Shown: piece after piece, positions 10,011 to 19,330 of the stretch
Layout: the number at the start of each line of letters is the position of its first letter
How positions within the stretch are numbered: position 1 is the stretch's first letter
Source: Sphingomonas sp.
Lineage (GTDB): Bacteria > Pseudomonadota > Alphaproteobacteria > Sphingomonadales > Sphingomonadaceae
Assembly: GCF_019746665.1 (NCBI RefSeq)
Contig: NZ_JAIERS010000019.1
Location: 2,138-66,137, forward strand
Length of the DNA: 64,000 nt
Direction of reading: 5' to 3'
Position numbers and translations under genes: made by a program
The notes under the pieces: model-generated
The model's database searches: none
Told to the model about the DNA's origin: nothing
Seen by the model: the letters and a program-made list of their open reading frames with translations, nothing else

Positions 10011-10535
10011 GTGCGCGCTTCCCACCTTTTGTTGCTGACCGACGAGCGGCTGGGCGATCGGCTGTGGCCCGCGCTCGAACGGCTGCCGCGCGGAAGCATC
10101 GTCGTGTTCCGTCATTACGGCCTGCCGCCGGCGGAGCGCCGCGCGCTGCTCGGCAAGGTACGGCGCGTCGCGAGCGCGCGCGGCCTGCGCCTCGCGGTGG
10201 CCGGAGCGGGGCTCGGCGTTGCCCGGGCGGGGCCGGGCGGGGCGTTTGGGACGCATGGCCGCGATCCGCGCCGCCGTCCTGGCTTGCGCACCTGGCCCGC
10301 GCATGACGCGCGCGAGGTGATCGCCGGGATGCGCGCGGGCGCCGATCTGATCCTGATCTCACCCGTCTTCCCCACCCGCTCGCACCCGGGCTCACGGACG
10401 CTGGGGCCGTGCCGGGCGATGGCGCTCGCGCGGCTGGCACCGGGCAAAGCGGTTGCGCTCGGCGGGATGAACGCTCGCCGTTTCAAGCGCTTACGGGGTT
10501 TCGTTGGCTGGGCGGCGATCGACGCCTGGGGCTAG
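10011..10535 (+). CDS. Thiamine-phosphate synthase family (TMP-TENI) protein
   Basis: ..LLLLTDERL....DLILISPVFPTRSHPG..ALGGM... The GTG start at 10011 was chosen to avoid overlapping the divergent yggS; the start remains uncertain. Confidence 0.6.
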   Translation: MRASHLLLLTDERLGDRLWPALERLPRGSIVVFRHYGLPPAERRALLGKVRRVASARGLRLAVAGAGLGVARAGPGGAFGTHGRDPRRRPGLRTWPAHDAREVIAGMRAGADLILISPVFPTRSHPGSRTLGPCRAMALARLAPGKAVALGGMNARRFKRLRGFVGWAAIDAWG

Positions 10536-11137
10536 CGCCGCTGCGGGCCGGGCTTGGGATCGTTGAAGCGGAAGCTGTTCTCGTTCACCGGCGCGTTGAA
10601 GCGCTGGTTGCTCAGCCGCACGATGGTGCGGTTGTTCTGCCCGTCGAGCGCGGTCCACCCCTGCAGCTGCAACCCGCCCGGCGTGCCCGAGGCACGGCTG
10701 AAGACCAGGGTGATCCGGCCATATTCGGGATGCTTGGGGTCCGCCGCCTCGACCTGGATCACCCCCGGCGTCGCGCTCGGCACCACTTTGGCGAAGCGGG
10801 TCGCGTCCTTGCTGGGATCGAGCAACACCCCCAACGGCGCGTCGCCCACCGGCCAGCGCTGCTTCTGCCCGACCTGATAATCGAGGAACCACAGTGACTT
10901 GCCGTCTCCCACGATCAGGATGGGCACGCCCTTTTCATATTGGAAGCGGATCTTGCCGGGCTTTTTCAGCGTCAGCACGCCGGTGAGCGTGCGCCCGTCG
11001 CGATCGGTCTGGGCGAAATCGGCGGTCATCGTGTCGACCGCGCTCAGATGCGCGCGCACGAGCTGAAGCTCGTTGGTCGCGGCGATCGCGGGGGCGGCGG
11101 CGAGCAGGGCAACGGGGGCAATCAACAGGCGAAACAA
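10532..11137 (-). CDS. lolA: Outer-membrane lipoprotein carrier protein LolA
   Basis: Signal peptide LLIAPVALLAAAPAIAA, then ..VDTMTADFAQTDRDGRTLTGVLTLKKPGKIRFQY... TTG start 8 nt after GGAG. It lies adjacent to ftsK, as is common. Confidence 0.8.
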   Translation of the reverse strand: MFRLLIAPVALLAAAPAIAATNELQLVRAHLSAVDTMTADFAQTDRDGRTLTGVLTLKKPGKIRFQYEKGVPILIVGDGKSLWFLDYQVGQKQRWPVGDAPLGVLLDPSKDATRFAKVVPSATPGVIQVEAADPKHPEYGRITLVFSRASGTPGGLQLQGWTALDGQNNRTIVRLSNQRFNAPVNENSFRFNDPKPGPQRR

Positions 11138-11213
11138 AAGATATTCTCCACGGCGGAACGAGGCGGGCTTAGCGCCCAGGCGTTGAACCCGCCATGAATT
11201 CCGCCGTTCCCGC

Positions 11214-13505
11214 TCAGTTGGGGCGCCCGTCCCGGTCCATCAGCACGTCGCGGCGGCCGACATGATCGGGGCGTGAGACAAGCCCCTCCTTCTCCATCCG
11301 CTCGATCAGCCGCGCCGCGCTGTTATAGCCGATGCGCAGCTGGCGCTGGAGCCAGGAAGTGCTCGCCTTCTGGCTCTCCGCCACCAGCTGGCAGGCGGCG
11401 CGATATTGCTGATCCTCGGGGCTGTCCTCGCCATCCGGCGCGCCATCGAGCGCGAAGCTTTCGGCGGGCTCCTCGGTCACCGACTGGATATAATCGGGGC
11501 GCCCCTGCGCGCGCCAATGATCGGCGACCGCGCGCACCTCGTCATCGCTCACAAACGGCCCGTGGACGCGGACGATGCCCTTGCCGCCGGGCATATAGAG
11601 CATGTCGCCCTTGCCGAGCAGCTGCTCGGCGCCCTGCTCGCCCAGGATGGTGCGCGAATCGATCTTCGACGTTACGTGGAAGCTGATCCGCGTCGGCAGG
11701 TTCGCCTTGATGACGCCGGTGATCACGTCGACCGAGGGGCGCTGCGTCGCCATGATCAAATGGATGCCCGCCGCGCGCGCCTTCTGCGCGAGGCGCTGGA
11801 TCAGGAATTCGACTTCCTTGCCGGCGGTCATCATCAGGTCGGCGAGCTCGTCGACGATCACGACGATCTGCGGCAGCACCTGATAATCGAGCTGCTCCTC
11901 CTCATAGATCGGCTGGCCGGTGTCCGAATCATAGCCGATCTGCACCCGCCGCCCGAGCGGCTGACCCTTGGCGCGCGCCTGGCGCACCTTGTCGTTGAAG
12001 CTCGCCAGGCTGCGCACGCCGACCGACGACATCTGCCGGTAGCGATCCTCCATCTGCTCGACCGCCCAGGTGAGCGCGCGCACCGCCTTGGCCGGATCGG
12101 TGACGACGGGCGCGAGCAGATGCGGAATATCCTCATACATGCTCAGTTCGAGCATCTTGGGATCGATCATGATCATCCGGCACTCCTCGGGCCGCAGCCG
12201 GTAGAGGAGCGAAAGGATCATGCAGTTGAGCCCCACCGACTTGCCCGAGCCGGTGGTGCCGGCGACGAGCAGATGCGGCATCGGCGCCAGATCGGCGATC
12301 ACCGCATCGCCGGCGATATTCTTGCCCAGCACCAGCGGCAGCGCGCCCGGCTGATCCTCGAGCGCCTCCACCAATTCACGCAGATTGACCGTCTCGCGCC
12401 GGGCATTGGGTAGTTCGATGCCGATCACGGTGCGCCCCGGAATGGTCGCGACGCGCGCGGAGATCGCCGACATGTTGCGCGCGATGTCGTCGGCCAGCTG
12501 GATCACCCGGCTCGCCTTGATGCCGGGCGCGGGCTCGAGCTCGTACATGGTGACGACCGGGCCGGGGCGGACATTGGTGATCGCGCCCTTCACGTGGAAA
12601 TCGTCGAGCACCGATTCGAGCAGCCGGGCATTGCGCTCCAGCGCCGCGCGGTCGATCGCGCCCGGAGGCGCGGGCGGCGCGGGCTTGAGCAGATCGACCG
12701 GCGGCAGCTTCGCCGCGTCGCCCAGATCGAACGAGGTCTGCTTGGGCGCGCGCGCCGGGGCGGGGGGCGTGGGCGGGGCGCGCTCGGCGATCACCGGCGC
12801 GGGGCGCTCATCGGGCAGGGCGCGGGCACGCGGAACGGCGGGCGCACGCGGCGATTCGATCGGCGGCTCGTCCTCGATCGCCCCGGTATCCCCCTCGCGC
12901 GCGGCGGGACTTGGCAGGCGCAGCCGCCAGTTGATGCTCGCATCCAGCTCATAGCTGACCGCGTAAAGCGCGATCCCGCCGACCCCGACGAGCGCCGCGA
13001 CGCCGCGTGTCGCCCACAGCAGCGTCTGGGGATCGTCGATCGCCGACAGCGCCGCGCGCAGGCCGAGCGCCACGCCCAATCCGAGCGTGCCGCCATAGCC
13101 CGCCGGCAGTGTGTCGCTCGCCCCCACCGTCACCAGCGCGATCGCCGCGCCGATCAGCACCATGCCGCCCAGCGCCTTCACCAGCATCCGCCGCCAGGCG
13201 CCCACCGGCACGTCGCGCCACAGCCGGCTGGCGAACAGCAGCACCAGCGGCGCGAGCAACGCCACCGGCAGCCCCAGCAGCGCGAGCAGCGCATCGGCGA
13301 TCAGCGCCCCTGGCGTCCCAAGCCAGTTGCGCGCGGGGCCAGCCGCCGCGGTCGACCAGGAGGGATCGCTCGGCCGGTAGCTGAGCAGCGCGCCGGCGAT
13401 CACCAGGCACAAGGCGGCGAGCGCCATCGCCGCGATCAGCGCGCCGCTGCGCCGCGCGCCATGCCGCACCGTATCGCGCCACAAAGGCGGATGCGCGCTT
13501 GCCAT
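11214..13505 (-). CDS. ftsK: DNA translocase FtsK
   Basis: N-terminal TM helices, a Pro/Ala linker, the motor domain ..LLVAGTTGSGKSVGLNCMILSLLY..IVVIVDELADLMM.. and a C-terminal gamma-like domain. Trimmed to MASAHPPLW at 13505. Confidence 0.95.
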   Translation of the reverse strand: MASAHPPLWRDTVRHGARRSGALIAAMALAALCLVIAGALLSYRPSDPSWSTAAAGPARNWLGTPGALIADALLALLGLPVALLAPLVLLFASRLWRDVPVGAWRRMLVKALGGMVLIGAAIALVTVGASDTLPAGYGGTLGLGVALGLRAALSAIDDPQTLLWATRGVAALVGVGGIALYAVSYELDASINWRLRLPSPAAREGDTGAIEDEPPIESPRAPAVPRARALPDERPAPVIAERAPPTPPAPARAPKQTSFDLGDAAKLPPVDLLKPAPPAPPGAIDRAALERNARLLESVLDDFHVKGAITNVRPGPVVTMYELEPAPGIKASRVIQLADDIARNMSAISARVATIPGRTVIGIELPNARRETVNLRELVEALEDQPGALPLVLGKNIAGDAVIADLAPMPHLLVAGTTGSGKSVGLNCMILSLLYRLRPEECRMIMIDPKMLELSMYEDIPHLLAPVVTDPAKAVRALTWAVEQMEDRYRQMSSVGVRSLASFNDKVRQARAKGQPLGRRVQIGYDSDTGQPIYEEEQLDYQVLPQIVVIVDELADLMMTAGKEVEFLIQRLAQKARAAGIHLIMATQRPSVDVITGVIKANLPTRISFHVTSKIDSRTILGEQGAEQLLGKGDMLYMPGGKGIVRVHGPFVSDDEVRAVADHWRAQGRPDYIQSVTEEPAESFALDGAPDGEDSPEDQQYRAACQLVAESQKASTSWLQRQLRIGYNSAARLIERMEKEGLVSRPDHVGRRDVLMDRDGRPN

Positions 13506-13619
13506 AGACTGTCCCCAAAAGCCGGGCGCCCATGCCCGGCTGTTCCGGTTATGATCATCGTCGCTGGCGGACTCGCCGTCAAGCTGGCGTCTTCGCGGAG
13601 GCGCGGCTAGGAAAGGGGC

Positions 13620-14837
13620 ATGAACCAAGCCGATGTGCTGATTTTGGGGGGCGGGCTGGTCGGCGCGACCCTGTCGCTCGCGCTCGCCGCGCACGGGCTC
13701 ACCGCGATCGTGGTCGATCCCGCCGATCCGGCGGTGACGCTCGCTCCGGGTTTCGACGGCCGCGCCTCGGCGATCGCCAGCGCGAGCGGCAAGATGCTCG
13801 AGGCGATCGGCGTCACCCCCCGGCTGGCGGGGCTCGGCTGCCCGATCGAGGCGATTCGGGTGAGCGACGGGATCGCGCCCGGTGCGCTCGATTTCGCCCC
13901 CGAGCCCGGCGACGGCGTGCTCGGCGTGATGTACGAGAACCGCGCGCTGCGGATCGCGCTCAACGAGGCGGTGCAGGGCAATGACCGCATCGACCTGCGG
14001 ATGCAGACCCGCGCCGAGGAAGTGACGCGCGATCCGGCGGGCGTCCATGCCCGGCTGAGCGACGGCCGCCACGTCCGCGCGCAGCTGCTGATCGCCGCCG
14101 AGGGGCGCCAGTCCCCCACTCGCGACGCCGCCGGCATCCGCATGGCGCGCTGGTCCTATGATCACAACGCGATCATCACCGCGTTCAGCCACGCCCGCCC
14201 GCACGACAATATCGCGTATGAGATTTTCTACCCCGCCGGCCCCTTCGCGATCCTGCCGCTGGTGCCGCGCGACGGGGTGAACCGATCGGCGCTGGTGTGG
14301 ACGGTATCGAGCGGCGACGCGCCGGCGATGCTCAAGCTATCCGAGCGCGCCTTCCTGGCGGAGGCCGAGAAGAAGATGGGCGGCTTCCTCGGGCCGCTCA
14401 GCGATCTCGCGCCGCGCTCGACCTACAAGCTGGGCTTCCACCACGCGGCGCGGATCACCGCCGACCGGCTGGCGCTGGTCGGCGACAGCGCGCATGGCAT
14501 TCACCCCATCGCCGGCCAGGGGCTGAACCTCGGCCTGCGCGACGCGGCGACGCTGACGCAAGTGCTGGTCGAAGGGAAGCGGCTGGGGCTCGACCTGGGC
14601 GACGCGAGCCTGCTCGGGCGTTACGAGCGCTGGCGCGGGATCGACACGCTGATGGTGGCGGGCGCGACCGACACGCTCGCCCGGCTGTTCGGCATCCCCG
14701 GCGCATTGCCAAGCGCGGTGCGGCGGCTGGGGCTGAGCGCGGTGCAGGCGATCCCGCCGCTCAAGGCGCGCTTCATGGCCGAGGCGCGCGGCGAGGCGGG
14801 CGACGCGCCCAAGCTGCTGCAGGGGGCGATGGTTTAG
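13620..14837 (+). CDS. UbiH/UbiF/VisC/COQ6-family FAD-dependent ubiquinone hydroxylase
   Basis: DVLILGGGLVGATLSLALA (GxGxxG) and GDSAHGIHPIAGQGLNLGLRD. Confidence 0.85.
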   Translation: MNQADVLILGGGLVGATLSLALAAHGLTAIVVDPADPAVTLAPGFDGRASAIASASGKMLEAIGVTPRLAGLGCPIEAIRVSDGIAPGALDFAPEPGDGVLGVMYENRALRIALNEAVQGNDRIDLRMQTRAEEVTRDPAGVHARLSDGRHVRAQLLIAAEGRQSPTRDAAGIRMARWSYDHNAIITAFSHARPHDNIAYEIFYPAGPFAILPLVPRDGVNRSALVWTVSSGDAPAMLKLSERAFLAEAEKKMGGFLGPLSDLAPRSTYKLGFHHAARITADRLALVGDSAHGIHPIAGQGLNLGLRDAATLTQVLVEGKRLGLDLGDASLLGRYERWRGIDTLMVAGATDTLARLFGIPGALPSAVRRLGLSAVQAIPPLKARFMAEARGEAGDAPKLLQGAMV

Positions 14838-14855
14838 GGGGTTAGGGGGGTGGTG

Positions 14856-15287
14856 ATGCGATTGATGGCTTTGGCGGCGCTTGCCCTCGCTGCGCCGGCG
14901 GCGGCGCAAACGGCCAATCCCTTCACGCCCGCCGTCGAGGCACAAATGCGCGAAGCGGAACGGGTTTGGGCCGACATTGCCGTCACGGGGGATCCCACAC
15001 CGCTCAAGACGATCCTCGCCGATGATTATGTCGGCGTCAGTTCGAGCGGCAAGGTCGTCACCAAGGCGGACCAGCTTGTGCCCGGCACCAAGGGCGAATT
15101 CATCGCGAGTGGCATCGATTACATCAACTATCGCCAATATGGCGACACGGTGGTGGCGCAGGGCGCCGAATGGGTACGCCGCGCCGACAAGAAGCCCGAT
15201 CTGCGACTGATCTGGATCGACATCTGGAAGTATCGCGACGGGCGCTGGCAGATCATCGCCTCGCAGGATTCGCGCCGGCCGGAGTAG
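14856..15287 (+). CDS. NTF2-like (DUF4440/SnoaL-type) secreted protein
   Basis: Signal peptide MRLMALAALALAAPAAAQ, ~140 aa. The pattern ..ILADDYVGVSSSGKV..WKYRDGRWQIIASQ is typical of the fold. Confidence 0.6.
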   Translation: MRLMALAALALAAPAAAQTANPFTPAVEAQMREAERVWADIAVTGDPTPLKTILADDYVGVSSSGKVVTKADQLVPGTKGEFIASGIDYINYRQYGDTVVAQGAEWVRRADKKPDLRLIWIDIWKYRDGRWQIIASQDSRRPE

Positions 15288-15320
15288 CGGTGCTCGGCTC
15301 GCCCGTCCCCGCGCTTGTCG

Positions 15321-15509
15321 TCACGCGGTGATCGGCATTCCCGCCTCGGGCAGCAGCACCGGCACACCGTCGCGCACCGGATAGGCCAAGCCGGCCGCGT
15401 CGGTCACCAGCATCTGGCGCGCGCTGTCCCAGCGCAACGGCGTACGGGTGACCGGGCACACCAGCCGTTCGAGCAGCCACGGGTCGATGGGGCAGCGAGC
15501 GTCGCTCAC
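15321..15509 (-). CDS. Trm112-family small protein
   Basis: 62 aa: ..[18 protein letters not shown]....[17 protein letters not shown] start overlaps the upstream stop. Confidence 0.75.
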   Translation of the reverse strand: MSDARCPIDPWLLERLVCPVTRTPLRWDSARQMLVTDAAGLAYPVRDGVPVLLPEAGMPITA

Positions 15510-16123
15510 TGCAGCGTCACCTCGTCGGCGTCCCCTGTGCGGCCAAAGAACGCCATCAGCTGCGTCAGCAATTCCGCGCGGGCCGCTAGGTCGGGCGCCT
15601 CGAGCAGCGCCTGTTTCGCCGCGGCGTCGAACGGGGCGATCTGAGCGACGCCGTTGACGAGCGATTCATCGTCGAGCTTGGTCACCGCTTCCCAATCCAC
15701 CGCATAGCCCTGCGCGTCGGCGAAGCGCCGCGCCTCGCTTTCCAGCGCCGCGCGCGCCGGGTGCGAAAGCGTTTCCGGCTCGGCGGGATATACCAGCAAT
15801 TCGGCCTCGACCTGGCGGAACGCGGTCGTCACATCGAGTTCGCGCACGATCCGGAACAGCGAGAGACCTTCCAGCACCAGATTGTACCGGCCATCGTCGA
15901 GCGCCTCGAAATGCGCGATCTTGCCGACGCAGCCGATCTCGAACAAGGGTGGGACGCTGCCCCCGCCGCGCGGCTGGATCATCCCGATGCGCCGATCGCG
16001 CGCGAGCGCATCGCTCACCATCGCCCGGTAGCGCGGCTCGAAAATGTGCGGCGGCAGATGCATCCGCGGAAAGAGCAGCGCCCCTGGCAGCGGAAAGATC
16101 GACAAGCGGGTGCGTTCGCCCAT
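15506..16123 (-). CDS. LON peptidase substrate-binding (N-terminal) domain protein
   Basis: [36 protein letters not shown].. matches the Lon N-domain start. The ATG overlaps the thioredoxin gene stop by 1 nt. Confidence 0.75.
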   Translation of the reverse strand: MGERTRLSIFPLPGALLFPRMHLPPHIFEPRYRAMVSDALARDRRIGMIQPRGGGSVPPLFEIGCVGKIAHFEALDDGRYNLVLEGLSLFRIVRELDVTTAFRQVEAELLVYPAEPETLSHPARAALESEARRFADAQGYAVDWEAVTKLDDESLVNGVAQIAPFDAAAKQALLEAPDLAARAELLTQLMAFFGRTGDADEVTLQ

Positions 16124-17019
16124 CACCCGAACAGGATCGCCGAAAGCCGCCGCCGTGTCGCCGCGACCCACGGGTCTTCGAGGCCCACCACTTCGAACAG
16201 CTTCAGCAGCCGCTGGCGGGCGGCGCCGCCATCCCAGGCACGATCATCGGCGATCATCGCGAGGAGCGTGTCGGCGGCACCCTGGTGATCGCCCGCCGCC
16301 ATCTGCCCGCCGGCGAGCTTGTAGCGCGCGGCCATATCCTCCGGGTTCGCCGCGGCATGGGCTGCGAGTCCCGCCAGATCAGCGACCGGCTCGGCTTCCT
16401 TGGCGAGCGCGAGCGCGGACTGGGCGCGGGCGATTTCGGGCGCCTTGGCGAGTTCGGGCGGCAGGTCGGCGATCAGCGCCTCGGCCGCGGCCGCGTCGCC
16501 CGCGCCGATCAGCGCGCGGATCAACCCGGAAAGCACCGCCGGATGCTCGGGCGCCATCTCGTGCAACTGCTCGAATATGCCGCGCGCGCGCGCCGCATCG
16601 CCTTCGGCCAGAATCTGCTCGCCCATCGCGATCAGCGGTTCCAGTTCGGCCTCGGCCTCGGCCCCCTCGGCTTCGATCGGTAGCTGACGCAGAATTTGGT
16701 CGAGCGTCGCGCGCAGCTGGCTTTCGGTGCGCGCATTGGTGAGATCGGCGACCAACTGACCCTGGAACATCGCATAGACGGTCGGGATCGAGCGCACCTG
16801 GAATTGCGCGGCGATGAACTGGTTCTTGTCGGTATCGATCGGCACCAGCACCACGCCCTTGTCGGCATAAGCGGCGGCGACCTTTTCCAGTACCGGCTTC
16901 AGCGCCTTGCATGGGCCGCACCATTCCGCCCAGAAGTCGATGATCACCAGTTTCGTCATCGAAGGTTCGACAACGTCGCGGCGGAACGCGGCGACCGCCT
17001 CACGCTCCGCGGCGCTCAT
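16123..17019 (-). CDS. Thioredoxin-domain / TPR co-chaperone (YbbN/CnoX-like)
   Basis: ..VIIDFWAEWCGPCKALKP.. (WCGPC) followed by Ala-rich TPR-like helices. Confidence 0.8.
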   Translation of the reverse strand: MSAAEREAVAAFRRDVVEPSMTKLVIIDFWAEWCGPCKALKPVLEKVAAAYADKGVVLVPIDTDKNQFIAAQFQVRSIPTVYAMFQGQLVADLTNARTESQLRATLDQILRQLPIEAEGAEAEAELEPLIAMGEQILAEGDAARARGIFEQLHEMAPEHPAVLSGLIRALIGAGDAAAAEALIADLPPELAKAPEIARAQSALALAKEAEPVADLAGLAAHAAANPEDMAARYKLAGGQMAAGDHQGAADTLLAMIADDRAWDGGAARQRLLKLFEVVGLEDPWVAATRRRLSAILFG

Positions 17020-17249
17020 CCCCAAAGTGGCCAATTCACTTGCTCCTGGCGGGGCGTGGCCCCGCAATGGTCATGACAGGCGCCTATTTGGGCGCGCGGG
17101 GGCGCCAAGCCAAGGCCTTTCGTGATCGTGCTGGCTCCTGTTCCATGCGAGCGGATCGAGCGATGTGGCGAAAGGGCTTGGCAGTCCCCGATTCGCCTGC
17201 TAATGGCCCGCCCTCACCCGCGGGGAGCCCTCTCCCCGATGGCGCCAGA

Positions 17250-17324
17250 GCGGGCGTAGCTCAGGGGTAGAGCACAACCTTGCCAAGGTTGGGGTCGAGG
17301 GTTCGAATCCCTTCGCCCGCTCCA
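17250..17324 (+). tRNA. tRNA-Gly: tRNA-Gly (anticodon GCC)
   Basis: Hand-folded cloverleaf: acceptor GCGGGCG/CGCCCGC, D arm GCTC-AGGGGTA-GAGC, anticodon arm CAACC-TTGCCAA-GGTTG, T arm GAGGG-TTCGAAT-CCCTT, with an encoded CCA. Confidence 0.95.
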
Positions 17325-17386
17325 GATTGCCAATGGGTTAGGGTCATCTGACTAACCCTGCCTAGAAACACCCCCCTCTGTCGCCA

Positions 17387-17626
17387 CTAGACAGCTTTGA
17401 AATCTCCAATGGCGGGATTGATCGTCTGCCGCCTTGAGGGGTGGGGGCTGGCGAGCATCATCCCGATCGTACCGCCCATCGAATGACCGATCAGCGCGGG
17501 GCCAGCCAGCTTCTGTTCGCGAATATAGCGGGCCAGTTCCTCGGCGACTTCGGCTGAGATGTCGCCGCTGACATTGGCACCGGGCGTCGTTCCCGCGGCG
17601 GCGATCACAACCGTGATGGCGCTCAC
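17387..17626 (-). pseudogene. Alpha/beta-hydrolase fragment (truncated)
   Basis: The 79-aa ORF keeps only the nucleophile-elbow region ..LAGPALIGHSMGGTIGMMLA... It lacks the N-terminal strands and the whole C-terminal half expected in a ~250-300-aa family member. Confidence 0.5.
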
Positions 17627-17798
17627 GGTCTCCGGATCTGCTGAAGCTCGCTACCCACTTCCTAGATGCCTTGCGGGCTTAGCAACACCGGACGGCCGCC
17701 GAAGCGCCAATTGTCAGTTGCCTGGTGGCGGTCGATGCTTGGTGACAGCGAAAACGAGAGGAGCGTCTCGCGGCGCGCCCGATGTCTCCACGCCCACC

Positions 17799-18203
17799 CT
17801 ATCCTGCTGATCCTTTATCGATGCCCACGCGTCCTGCGGGCGTTAGAACCGCCGAATCGAAGATCACGTGCTCTTCAATCGCCATGCCGTCCCTCAGGCG
17901 GAAACGGTCGACCCCGCGATAGGTGCGCCGCTCTCCATGCATGTCGGCGGACGCTTCCCAGGCGATGTAGAGCATGTCGCGGTTGCCGGCGCTGTCCATG
18001 GGGGTAACCGCCAATCCTTCGAAGCGGGCCAGAGCCTCCCCCATCCAAGCCGCATAGTCCCGCCCCGACATGTGCCCCGCGCCGGTGAAGTGGATGACCG
18101 CGTCGGGTGCGATGATCTCCAGCACGCGTTCGCCCGATGGCGCTGCCCAGAATGACTTGAAGCGCTCGTAAAAATTGGCGTGCTCGGCCGATAGGTCAGA
18201 CAT
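17799..18203 (-). CDS. NTF2/SnoaL-like protein
   Basis: MSDLSAEHANFYERFKSFWAAP....RGVDRFRLRDGMAIEEHVIFD is the typical SnoaL-like pattern. It is divergent from the MarR gene. Confidence 0.6.
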   Translation of the reverse strand: MSDLSAEHANFYERFKSFWAAPSGERVLEIIAPDAVIHFTGAGHMSGRDYAAWMGEALARFEGLAVTPMDSAGNRDMLYIAWEASADMHGERRTYRGVDRFRLRDGMAIEEHVIFDSAVLTPAGRVGIDKGSAG

Positions 18204-18234
18204 TGCGACATCCTCCATGCAGTGGCTCTTGCTA

Positions 18235-18261
18235 ACGATACGTGCGCAACGCACGTATCGT
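18235..18261. promoter_or_regulatory. Perfect 12-bp-arm palindrome ACGATACGTGCG-CAA-CGCACGTATCGT (candidate MarR operator)
   Basis: Located in the 96-nt divergent spacer between the NTF2-like gene and the MarR gene. An extra ACGTGCG half-site sits at 18272-18278. Confidence 0.5.
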
Positions 18262-18299
18262 CAATTGAAAAACGTGCGCTGGTCACGTAATGGGGTGAA

Positions 18300-18800
18300 A
18301 TGAGCGATCGAACCGCGAATTTGCTGGGGGCGATCGGGTTGGCCGTGGCCGATCGGATCGCGGCTGTTGCCTTGGACGTGATGAACCGCGCCGGCGAAAC
18401 GCCCGCGGCACTGATCGTGATTGGGTACGGCCTGGGGCCTTCCAACGATCAGCTACGCCGCATCCTCGGTCTGTCGCACCCAGGTGCCGTACGCCTGCTC
18501 GACAGGCTGGTGGCCGATGGGCTGGTCGAAAGGCGTCCGGCGCGGGACCGGCGCGCCGTGGCGCTATTCCTGACCGAGCAAGGTCATGCGGTCCGCGAAA
18601 CGCTGCTGGCCGAGCGGCTGGCGGCGATCAAGCCGCTCTTGTCCCCGCTCAGCGAGGCGGAGGAAGAGGCTCTGGCCGCGCTCCTGTCGCGGCTGTTGGC
18701 GTCGCTGCCCTCCAGCGATCTCGAGCGATGCCAGCTATGCCGGATGTGCGACGACCGCGTCTGCACCGACTGCCCGATACCCGCCAGCTTCAAGACGTGA
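18300..18800 (+). CDS. MarR-family transcriptional regulator with Cys-rich C-terminal tail
   Basis: Winged-helix core ..NDQLRRILGLSHPGAVRLLDRLVADGLVERRPARDRRAVALFLTEQG... The tail is CQLCRMCDDRVCTDC. Confidence 0.8.
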   Translation: MSDRTANLLGAIGLAVADRIAAVALDVMNRAGETPAALIVIGYGLGPSNDQLRRILGLSHPGAVRLLDRLVADGLVERRPARDRRAVALFLTEQGHAVRETLLAERLAAIKPLLSPLSEAEEEALAALLSRLLASLPSSDLERCQLCRMCDDRVCTDCPIPASFKT

Positions 18801-18880
18801 AACCTGACGGGGACAAGCGCGACGGCCGGCACCGCGATCATCCGTTTCAAGCCCGGGCGCTTGACCGGTCGTGCGACCCT

Positions 18881-19330
18881 TCAACCGAACAGCGCCCCGC
18901 GCGCCACGGCGAAACCCGCGATCTCGGTCGCCCGCGCCACCCCGATCCAGACCAGCGCGCCGCCAAGCACCAAGCCGGCCAGATAAGTCCCGGCGCCCCC
19001 GACCAGGCGGGCTGCGTTGCTGGTATTCGCGCGCGACAGGCCGACGGCATGGAACAGGCGGAGGACGAGGAAGGTCGGGCACAGGATCAGCAGCAGCATC
19101 GGCCAGCGCCCAGACAGTTCCAGCAAAGTGAACCCCGCCAGGAATAGCCCGGCATTTTCGGCCAGGTTGCCATGACGCCGCGCGGTACGCTGCAGCGCCG
19201 CAACGCCGCCATCGCCGATCCAAACCCCTGCCCGGCCGCGCGCCCCGCTGGTGATGAACCCCAGCAGCATCTGCAGGATCAGCAAAACGCCCCCCGTCGC
19301 GGCGGAAACAGCTGGAAAGCCGATCGTCAT
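18881..19330 (-). CDS. MAPEG-family membrane protein
   Basis: 149 aa with 3-4 hydrophobic helices and the motif ..RTARRHGNLAENAGLFL.. typical of MAPEG. The ATG overlaps the methyltransferase stop (ATGA). Confidence 0.7.
   Translation of the reverse strand: MTIGFPAVSAATGGVLLILQMLLGFITSGARGRAGVWIGDGGVAALQRTARRHGNLAENAGLFLAGFTLLELSGRWPMLLLILCPTFLVLRLFHAVGLSRANTSNAARLVGGAGTYLAGLVLGGALVWIGVARATEIAGFAVARGALFG

Noticed and set aside
13506-14204. N-terminal 232-aa extension of the FtsK ORF (the track lists 996 aa).
   Set aside because: It overlaps the UbiH-family gene on the other strand and is compositionally junk. The FtsK membrane domain starts right after MASAHPPLW at 13505.
17335-17358. Hairpin GGGTTAG-N10-CTAACCC just after tRNA-Gly, considered as a terminator or att core.
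   Set aside because: There is no downstream T-tract and I could locate no second copy in the window, so the evidence is insufficient for either call.
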